Shown: positions 27,896-38,465 of the stretch, in pieces
Numbering within the stretch: the stretch's first letter is position 1
How the letters are laid out: each line of letters starts with the position of its first letter
Assembly: GCA_036264355.1 (NCBI GenBank)
Contig: DATARD010000198.1
Span: 15,565 to 79,564, forward strand
DNA length: 64,000 bases
From: Thermoanaerobaculia bacterium
GTDB lineage: Bacteria; Acidobacteriota; Thermoanaerobaculia; Multivoradales; UBA5704
Direction of reading: 5' to 3'
Translations under genes and position numbers: made by a program
The notes under the pieces: generated by a model
Told to the model about the DNA's origin: nothing
The model's database searches: none
Seen by the model: only the letters and a program-made list of their open reading frames with translations

Positions 27896-28239
27896 GCCGC
27901 GAAACCCGCGCAGTTTGCGGCGGAACCCGGGAGCGTACCCATCTCGCGACGCAAGTAAGATGCAAATCAACGCTCCGTTGCCGCGAAACCAGAGACGCAC
28001 GGCGTCAGACTCCCGGCGGAACAGGGTCACGAGCGTGCGGACGCCGTAAATATCTCGGTCGGCGCCGCAAATTTATGCAACGCGCTGTCTCTCGTCTCGG
28101 GTTTTGCCGCAACTAGATCGGGTTCGCACACGGGAATTCTCTCCGTCGCGGCGTCTGAGGCGCCCTCCATCCAGGAAAAACCGGAGAATGCTGGGCCTCT
28201 CGCGTGGTTGGATGCAAATTGACGCCAAAAAGCCGCAAA
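27896..28239. repeat. degenerate 21-nt-phased array of G(C/A)(C/T)GC(G/A/T)AA cores
   Basis: Cores start at 27896, 27959, 27980, 28043, 28064, 28106, 28211 and 28232, all with the same remainder modulo 21. Longer shared strings gggttttgccgc (x2) and gatgcaaat (x2). Confidence 0.55.
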
Positions 28240-28349
28240 CTCCGGCGGTTGCGAGCGGCCCCGTCGGCCCTCACCCGGCCGGCTCTGGGGGCGCCGTGAT
28301 GGCACGCGCCCCCCGCTCCCGCTATGATCAAGCCGGAGGGCTGTCTCCC

Positions 28350-28973
28350 ATGCTCTATGATCTCTCGCCCACGATCCGCCCCGAGATTCCGGTGTGGCCC
28401 GGAGACACGCAGTTCCAGTCCCGGCTCACCTGGTCGATCGCGGAGGGCGCTTCGGTCAATCTGTCGGCGGTGACCACGACGCCTCATCTCGGATCGCACG
28501 CCGATGCGCCGTTCCATACCGAGGCGCGCGGCGAGGGGATCTCCGACATGGCGATCGAGCGCTATCTCGGGCCATGCCGGGTGATCAAGGTGCCGCCGCA
28601 GCCGCTGATCGAGCCGCGGCACGTGGAGGGGATCGATCTCTCGAATCCGGCGCGCATCCTGTTCAAGAGCGAGAGCGTGCGCGACCGCAAGGTGTTTCCG
28701 GAGCGCTTCACCGCCCTCTCCCCGGAGATCGCGGCGCTCCTGGCCGAGCGCGGCGTCCTTCTCGTCGGGATGGACACGCCGTCGGTCGATCCGTTCGAGA
28801 GCAAGACGCTCGACGCCCACCACGCGCTCTTCCGCGGCGGCGTCGCCATCCTCGAAGGGCTGGTGCTCGACGGCGTGCCCGAAGGGGTCTACGAGCTGAT
28901 CGCCCTGCCGCTCAAGATGGCCGGGCTCGACGCATCGCCGGTGCGCGCGGTTCTCCGCAGTCTCGAAGCTTGA
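28350..28973 (+). CDS. cyclase-family protein / arylformamidase (kynurenine formamidase KynB-like)
   Basis: ATG at 28350 after GGAGGG. Metal motif TTPHLGSHADAPFH (HxGxHxDxPxH). Size about 207 aa. Confidence 0.75.
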   Translation: MLYDLSPTIRPEIPVWPGDTQFQSRLTWSIAEGASVNLSAVTTTPHLGSHADAPFHTEARGEGISDMAIERYLGPCRVIKVPPQPLIEPRHVEGIDLSNPARILFKSESVRDRKVFPERFTALSPEIAALLAERGVLLVGMDTPSVDPFESKTLDAHHALFRGGVAILEGLVLDGVPEGVYELIALPLKMAGLDASPVRAVLRSLEA

Positions 28974-29008
28974 ATGTAGAATACCGGCACGACAAAGGGG
29001 GACTTCTC

Positions 29009-29668
29009 GTGAACAGCAAACAATTCGTCGCGGGACTGGTCGAGGAGATGGACCGCCTGTTCGCGCGGCTGGGCGACACGGAGACGTTGGAAGCGGAATC
29101 GGAAGGCCAGGTCGACGTCGTCACCCTGCTCCGCCTGGCGCTCAAGAGCGAGCTCGAAGCGAGCGAGCTGGCCGGATACTGGATGCCGACGACGCCCGAG
29201 GTGGACGCCAAGATGGCGCTGGCGCTCCAGTGCGGCGACGAGATGAAGCACTACGGTCTGATCAGCCAGCGCCTGGTCGAGCTCGGCCAGGACCTCTCCG
29301 ACTTCGATCCGCTCTCCGATGGTCACAGCCCGCTCTATCAGTACCTCCGCGGCCTGCGCACTACGGTCGAGCGGATCGCCGGCGGTCCGTTCGCCAGCGA
29401 GGCGATCGCCGTCGTGCGCAACGCCCAGTTCGTGCGCTTCTGCCGCGCCGTCGGCGACGAGGGCACCGCCCGCCTCTACGCCGACACCATCCAGCCCGAG
29501 GAGGCGCACCACCAGCACCTGGGACGGGAGATCCTCGAAAAGTACTGCACCACCCCCGAAATCCAGGAGCAGGCCGCCGCCGCCGTGCGCAACACCCTGG
29601 CCATCGCCGACGAGCTGCGCAACCTCGCCGCCAAGACGACCGGCCTGTTCAGCATTCCCGTCTCTTGA
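29009..29668 (+). CDS. ferritin-like diiron-carboxylate protein (unknown oxygenase/oxidase)
   Basis: GTG at 29009 after AAGGGGGA. Two E…ExxH pairs: ELEASELAGYW…GDEMKHYG and ASEAIAV…PEEAHHQH. Confidence 0.6.
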   Translation: MNSKQFVAGLVEEMDRLFARLGDTETLEAESEGQVDVVTLLRLALKSELEASELAGYWMPTTPEVDAKMALALQCGDEMKHYGLISQRLVELGQDLSDFDPLSDGHSPLYQYLRGLRTTVERIAGGPFASEAIAVVRNAQFVRFCRAVGDEGTARLYADTIQPEEAHHQHLGREILEKYCTTPEIQEQAAAAVRNTLAIADELRNLAAKTTGLFSIPVS

Positions 29669-29675
29669 GTCGCCT

Positions 29676-30578
29676 ATGAGCCAAGACATCCACACCGCCG
29701 CCGTCCTCGGCGCGGGCACGATGGGGCGTGGCATCGCCCACGTCTCCGCCCTCGCCGGCCTGGTCACCCGTCTCTTCGACACCAGCTCCGACGCGCTCAA
29801 GAAGGCCGAGTCCGGCATCCACCGCAACCTCGCCAAGGGGGTCGAGCTGGGCAAGGTGCCGGCCGGCGCCGCGGACAGCGCGCGGCACAATCTCCGCTTC
29901 GACACCGATCTCGCCACCGCGGTGGCCGAAGCCGACCTGGTGATCGAAGCGGTGCCGGAGAGCATGGAGCTCAAGATCGACATCTTCCGGCAGGTGTCCC
30001 GCGCCTGCCCGCTGCACGCGCTCTTCGCCTCCAACACCTCGGCCCTCTCGATCACCGAGATGGCCGCCGCTTCCGGCCGCCCGGAGCGCTTCGCCGGCAT
30101 GCACTTCTTCAACCCGGTGCATGTGATGAAGCTGATCGAGCTGGTGAAGGGGCTGCAGACCTCGGACGAGACGCTGGAGGCGATGCGCCGGGTGGGCGTC
30201 CGCATGGGCAAGGAGGTGGTGCTGGTCAACGAGGCGCCCGGCTTCGTGACCTCCCGCATCAACGCGCTGATCGGCAACGAGGCGTTCCGCATGCTCCAGG
30301 AGGGCGTCGCCAGCGCCGAGGACATCGACAAGGCGCTGAAACTGGGATTGAACCATCCCATGGGACCGTTCGAGATGGTCGACCTCGTCGGTCTGGACGT
30401 GCGGCTCGCCATCCTGGAGTTCCTGCACAAGAGCCTCGGCGAGGCGTTCCGCCCGAACCAGATCCTCGTCCAGCACGTGCGCGCCGGCCGCCTCGGCCGC
30501 AAGACCGGCCGCGGTGTCTATTGCTACGACGAGGACGGCAAGAAGATCGACGAAAAGAACCGCGAGAAGATCCGATGA
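29676..30578 (+). CDS. 3-hydroxyacyl-CoA / 3-hydroxybutyryl-CoA dehydrogenase
   Basis: Rossmann AAVLGAGTMGRGIA. FASNTSALSI, GMHFFNPVHVMKLIE, GFVTSRI and NHPMGPFEMVDLVGLD are family motifs. Confidence 0.9.
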   Translation: MSQDIHTAAVLGAGTMGRGIAHVSALAGLVTRLFDTSSDALKKAESGIHRNLAKGVELGKVPAGAADSARHNLRFDTDLATAVAEADLVIEAVPESMELKIDIFRQVSRACPLHALFASNTSALSITEMAAASGRPERFAGMHFFNPVHVMKLIELVKGLQTSDETLEAMRRVGVRMGKEVVLVNEAPGFVTSRINALIGNEAFRMLQEGVASAEDIDKALKLGLNHPMGPFEMVDLVGLDVRLAILEFLHKSLGEAFRPNQILVQHVRAGRLGRKTGRGVYCYDEDGKKIDEKNREKIR

Positions 30579-31369
30579 CCGCCGCTCCTGACGATCTGAC
30601 CGGCCGCGTCGCCCTGGTCACCGGCGGCAGCAGCGGGCTCGGATTCGCCGCCGCCCAGGCGCTCGGCCGCCGCGGCGCCACGGTGGTGCTCGCCAGCCGC
30701 GGCGGCGAGAAATTGGACGGTGCCCGCGACCGGCTCGCCGCGGCCGGCGTCACCGCCTTCGCCATTCCGGCCGACGTCCGGGATGCCGCGGCGCTCATCC
30801 AACTCGCCGCGGAGACGGTGCGGCAGGCCGGACCGGTGGACATCCTGATCGCCAACGGCGGCGGTCCGCCGCCGAAGCCGGCGGCGGAGCTGACCGAGGA
30901 CGACTGGGCGCTGGCGATTCCGCTCGTCTTCCTGTTCATCCCCCGCCTCTGCCGCCTCGTCCTCCCCGGCATGCGGGAGCGCCGCTGGGGGCGGATCGTC
31001 GCCATCAACTCGGTGTCGTCGCGCCAGCCGATCCCCAACCTGTCGCTCTCGAACGCCCTGCGCCCGGCGGTTCTCGGCTATTTGAAGACGCTCTCGCAGG
31101 AGGTGGCCACCGAGGGCGTGACGGTCAACGCGGTGCTGCCCGGCTACACGCAGACCGACCGCCAGGACGAGATCGCCAACGCCTCCGCGGCGCGCACCGG
31201 CAAGAGCCGGGAGGAGATCGTGGCCGGCTGGGTCGCCAACACGCCGATGGGCCGCATGGGCGAGCCGGCGGAGATCGGCGAGGTGATCGGCTTCCTCTGC
31301 ACCCCCGCCGCCGCCTACGTCACCGGCCAGGCGATCGCGGTGGACGGCGGGTATGTGAAGGGTCTGTAG
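30575..31369 (+). CDS. SDR-family oxidoreductase
   Basis: ATGA overlap with the upstream gene. VTGGSSGLG cofactor motif, NSVSS, C-terminal VTGQAIAVDGG. The catalytic YxxxK appears degenerate (LSNALRPAV). Confidence 0.85.
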   Translation: MTAAPDDLTGRVALVTGGSSGLGFAAAQALGRRGATVVLASRGGEKLDGARDRLAAAGVTAFAIPADVRDAAALIQLAAETVRQAGPVDILIANGGGPPPKPAAELTEDDWALAIPLVFLFIPRLCRLVLPGMRERRWGRIVAINSVSSRQPIPNLSLSNALRPAVLGYLKTLSQEVATEGVTVNAVLPGYTQTDRQDEIANASAARTGKSREEIVAGWVANTPMGRMGEPAEIGEVIGFLCTPAAAYVTGQAIAVDGGYVKGL

Positions 31370-31378
31370 CGCTCACTC

Positions 31379-32389
31379 TCAATAACTGATGACGGCTTTG
31401 CCGATCATGCGCCCGGCTTCCACCATGCGGTGCGCCTGGCGGTGGTTGGCCGCGGTGAAGCCGTCGAGCGTTTCGCTCAGCGTGGTGCGCAGGCGGCCGT
31501 CGTTCACCAGCTCGGCGACGCGGTCGAGGATGCGGTGCTGCTCGATCATGTCATCGGTCTCGAAGCTCGAACGGGTGAACATCAGCTCCCAGGAGAGCGA
31601 GACGCTCTTGCCCATGAGCTGGCCCACGTCGAGCTGCGGCGCGCCGAGGATGGAGCCGATCGATCCCTGCGGGCCGATCAGCTCGGCGATGGCCGGCCAA
31701 TGCGCCGCGAAGTCGTTGGTGCAGAGGATGGAGTCGACGTGCTGGTGTCCCAGGTTGCGCACCGAGGCCACCAGGTCGTGATGGTCGGCGATCTCCTCGG
31801 CCCCCAGCTCGCGGCACCAGCGCGCCGTCTCCTGCCGTGACGCGGTGGCGATGACGTGCAGGCCGGTGAGCTGCTCGGCGAGTTGGATCGCCACCGAGCC
31901 CACGCCGCCGGCGCCGCCGATGAGGAGCAGGGTCTTACCAGCGCCGCCTCCTTCGGCGATCCGCATGCGGTCGAACAGCGCCTCCCACGCGGTCAGCGAG
32001 GTGAGCGGCAGCGCCGCCGCCTCGGCGTCACTCAGGCTCTCCGGCTTGTGGCCGACGATCCGCTCGTCGACCAGGTGGAATTCGGCGTTCGTCCCCTGCC
32101 GCTTGATGCTGCCGGCGTAGTAGACCGCGTCGCCCGGCTTGAACAGGGTGACCGCGGAGCCCACGGCCTCGACGACGCCGGACGCGTCGTAGCCAAGGAT
32201 CTTGGGGGTGTCGAGCACCGTGTCCACCGCCGCCCGCTGCCGCTGCTTGCAGTCCACGGGATTGACCGACACCGCGTGGACCCGCACCAGCAGGTCGCGC
32301 GGTCCCGGAGCCGGCGTCTCCGTTTCGAAGGCAAACAGGCTCTTCTCGTCGTCGATGGGAAGGGAGGTGGAGAATCCGATGGCTCGCAT
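31379..32389 (-). CDS. zinc-type/MDR alcohol dehydrogenase-like quinone oxidoreductase
   Basis: VRVHAVSVNPVDCK, GYDASGVVEAVG, LLIGGAGGVGSVAIQLA (Rossmann). Confidence 0.9.
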   Translation of the reverse strand: MRAIGFSTSLPIDDEKSLFAFETETPAPGPRDLLVRVHAVSVNPVDCKQRQRAAVDTVLDTPKILGYDASGVVEAVGSAVTLFKPGDAVYYAGSIKRQGTNAEFHLVDERIVGHKPESLSDAEAAALPLTSLTAWEALFDRMRIAEGGGAGKTLLLIGGAGGVGSVAIQLAEQLTGLHVIATASRQETARWCRELGAEEIADHHDLVASVRNLGHQHVDSILCTNDFAAHWPAIAELIGPQGSIGSILGAPQLDVGQLMGKSVSLSWELMFTRSSFETDDMIEQHRILDRVAELVNDGRLRTTLSETLDGFTAANHRQAHRMVEAGRMIGKAVISY

Positions 32390-32463
32390 GACCGGGTAGG
32401 GTAGCGCGATCGGGGTTGAAAAGAACCCAAAGGACGCGAAAACAGAACCTTTCCGCCCCCGGG

Positions 32464-32620
32464 GCCCTCACCCCCCGGCCCCCTCTCCCACACACCCTCA
32501 CACCCTCCCGGGAGAGGGGGAGCACAGCAACGCCGGACATGCGCTTTTTGCTTTTGGGCGGTGGCGCCCCTCTCCCGGGCGGGTGTGTGGGTGTGTGGGA
32601 GAGGGGTCGGGGGTGAGGGC
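32464..32620. repeat. 157-nt element with roughly 55-nt imperfect terminal inverted repeats (long hairpin / MITE-like / terminator)
   Basis: The left arm 32464-32520 (gccctcaccccccggccccctctcccacacaccc…) is the near reverse complement of the right arm 32566-32620 (…gggtgtgtgggagaggggtcgggggtgagggc). Confidence 0.8.
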
Positions 32621-32644
32621 GCTTTTAGGGCGGGCGGCCCCCTC

Positions 32645-34834
32645 CTACTCCAGATCCCCGATCACCGCCTCCAGCTTCTGCTTCTCCGCCGGGTTGGTTT
32701 CGAGAATGAGGGCGCGGCGGAAGCAGCGCAGGGCGTCGGTGTTGTCTTTGACTTCGTAGAGGTAGAGGGCGCCCGCCGTCTTCCAGATGTCGCCGCGGTT
32801 CGGCTGGAGGCGGAGGAGCTGCTCGTAGAACTGCACCGCCTCGCGCGGCTGGCCGAGACGGTAGGCGGCCTTCGCCGCGTTTTCGAGCGGCACGGCATTC
32901 GCCGGGTTGCGCCGCGCCGCCTCGCGGAAGTCGCGCAGCCCGTCCGCCAGCCGGTCCATCTCCACCTCGATCAGGCCGCGCTCCAGATAGACCTCGGAGG
33001 AGTAGCTGCCGGCGGCGATTGAGGCGTCGAGCACCTTCATGGCTTCGGCCCGGTCGCCTTTCTCGCGCAGCATCTGCGCCAGGTTGTCCGCCGCCTCGCC
33101 GAGGCTCGCATCGAGCGTCAGCGCGTGGCGGTACTCCTTTTCCGCCTCGTCGCGCTTGCCCAGCTTCTTGAGGCAGGCGGCCGCGTCGGCCACCGGCACG
33201 GCGGAGAGCTCGTTCTCTTTCATCGCCCGCTGGAAAAGATTGAGCGCGGAGTCCGCGCGGCCGGCCTCCAGCAGGCAGGAGCCGGCCAGGCTCAAGGCCG
33301 GGAAGTTGTGCGGATCGCGCTTGACGATCGCCTGGAGCTTGGGCAGCGACTCGCTGCACTTTCCCCTCTGGATGTCGGCCGCCGCGTCGTGCAGGGCCTG
33401 CGCGATGTCGGCCATCCCCCGCGGATCGGGGAGATCCGGCCGCACGGCGCCTCCCGATCCCCCTCCCGCGTAGCCGAGGCTGGCGAGCTGCCGCCGCTGC
33501 TCCTCCGAGAGCATGTTCTCGGGACGCACCTCGGTGTCGAGCGGCTCCCCCGCCGCTTTCAACTGGTCGCGGAGCTTCTTCTCCCACAGCCGCATCGCCC
33601 CCGGCTGCTGCGCCGCGAGGTCCGTCGCCTCGTCCGGATCGGACGGGATCTGATAGAGGCTGCTCTTCGGCGCGTGGAGATAGAAAAAGCGGTCGGTCGA
33701 CAGAGAACGCAACGGATACCACTTGTAGGCGAAGAACGGGAGGAAGCTCTCGGTGTAGCTGGTGCGGTCGCACCCTTTGCCGGCGGCGGGGAGGGGCAGC
33801 AGGCCCTGGCCGTCCAGCCCCGCCGGCACTGGCACCCCAGCCAGGCCGAGCAGGGTCGGCGCGACGTCGACCGTGCGCACCAGGCACTCCTCGGTGCGGC
33901 CGGCCGGCACGCCGGGTCCGGCGAGGAGGAGAGGCACCCGGCGGGCCGCCTTGTAGAGGAGGAGCCCGTGGTGCTGCTCGCCGTGCTCGCCGAGCATCTC
34001 GCCGTGGTCGCCGACGACGACCACGTCCACGTCCTTCGGCAATTTGGCCAGGAGCACGCCGATCTGCTCGTCCATGTAGGCGATCTCGCCGTCGTAGAGG
34101 CGGCTCGGGCCGGTGGCCGAGTCGGCGAAGCGGGTCGGCGGCCGGTACTCCTCGTGCGGATCGTAGTAGTGCACCCAGAGAAAGAAGGGCGGCTTCAGCT
34201 TGCCGGCGGCGGCGAGCGCGGCGGCGGTCGTCGCCTCCGCCTGGCGCTCGCTCACCTCGGTGCCCGCGGCGTAGCCGGCTCCCAGGTCGTCGTCATAGAT
34301 GCGGAAGCCCTGGTTGAGCCCGTGCCGGCGCGCCAGCACGATCGCGGAGACCACGGCGGCCGTGTCGTAGCCATGCGCGGCGAGCCGCTCGGCGACCGTC
34401 TCCACCTTGGCGGGGAGCACGAAAGTGCCGTTGTCGCGCACTCCCGTCCGCGGCGGGAAGAGACCGGTGAGGATCGTCGAGTGGCTCGGCAGGGTCACCG
34501 GGGCGGCGGTGTCGCAGCGCACGAAACGCACGCCGCGCGCCGCGAGGGCGTCGAGGTTCGGCGTCTTGGCGTACTTCCAGCCCCAGGCTCCGAGGTGGTC
34601 GGCGCGGGTGGTGTCGAGCGTGATGAGCACGATGCTGTGCCGCGGCGCGGACGGGGCCTGGGGAGCCGGAGCGGCGTTTGCCACGAATGACATGATCATG
34701 CTGACGAGAACCGAGATTGACGAGATCCGTATCGCGACGGCTCGTTCTCGGCGACTGGCGGCACTATTAACCCATAGTGAGCCAATTCCATGCTTGCGGT
34801 CCTGAGGGCTGCCAAAAAAAACTGGAGCGTCCAT
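32645..34834 (-). CDS. exported alkaline-phosphatase-superfamily 'sulfatase-like' hydrolase/transferase fused to C-terminal TPR repeats
   Basis: IVLITLDTTRADHLG and the nucleophile segment VTLPSHSTILTG (Thr/His where true sulfatases have CxPxR). C-terminal roughly 330 aa of TPR repeats. Start uncertain (34834 or nearby). Confidence 0.75.
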   Translation of the reverse strand: MDAPVFFGSPQDRKHGIGSLWVNSAASRRERAVAIRISSISVLVSMIMSFVANAAPAPQAPSAPRHSIVLITLDTTRADHLGAWGWKYAKTPNLDALAARGVRFVRCDTAAPVTLPSHSTILTGLFPPRTGVRDNGTFVLPAKVETVAERLAAHGYDTAAVVSAIVLARRHGLNQGFRIYDDDLGAGYAAGTEVSERQAEATTAAALAAAGKLKPPFFLWVHYYDPHEEYRPPTRFADSATGPSRLYDGEIAYMDEQIGVLLAKLPKDVDVVVVGDHGEMLGEHGEQHHGLLLYKAARRVPLLLAGPGVPAGRTEECLVRTVDVAPTLLGLAGVPVPAGLDGQGLLPLPAAGKGCDRTSYTESFLPFFAYKWYPLRSLSTDRFFYLHAPKSSLYQIPSDPDEATDLAAQQPGAMRLWEKKLRDQLKAAGEPLDTEVRPENMLSEEQRRQLASLGYAGGGSGGAVRPDLPDPRGMADIAQALHDAAADIQRGKCSESLPKLQAIVKRDPHNFPALSLAGSCLLEAGRADSALNLFQRAMKENELSAVPVADAAACLKKLGKRDEAEKEYRHALTLDASLGEAADNLAQMLREKGDRAEAMKVLDASIAAGSYSSEVYLERGLIEVEMDRLADGLRDFREAARRNPANAVPLENAAKAAYRLGQPREAVQFYEQLLRLQPNRGDIWKTAGALYLYEVKDNTDALRCFRRALILETNPAEKQKLEAVIGDLE

Positions 34835-34992
34835 GGGCGGAGCGGGAGTATACCAGCCCGCAGAGCCGCGGTCCGCCAGACCCCTCTCTCTCCAGCTCTT
34901 CCACCACCCCGCTTCATTGTTTTGCAGCAATTGATGAGCCTTGTTCCAAATAGATGCGAGCCAAAACCGTTTCTAGTTTCAGAGGAGCCTGT

Positions 34993-38388
<3,396 letters not shown>

Positions 38389-38423
38389 GCGCCGATTCAC
38401 CCGTCGGCGGCTGCACACCCCCG

Positions 38424-38453
38424 GCCCCCTCTCTTCGGAGAGGGGGCTTTTTT
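38424..38453 (+). terminator. rho-independent terminator
   Basis: 10-bp perfect stem gccccctctc / gagagggggc, loop ttcg, followed by tttttt. Confidence 0.8.
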
Positions 38454-38465
38454 CATGTAAACCAT

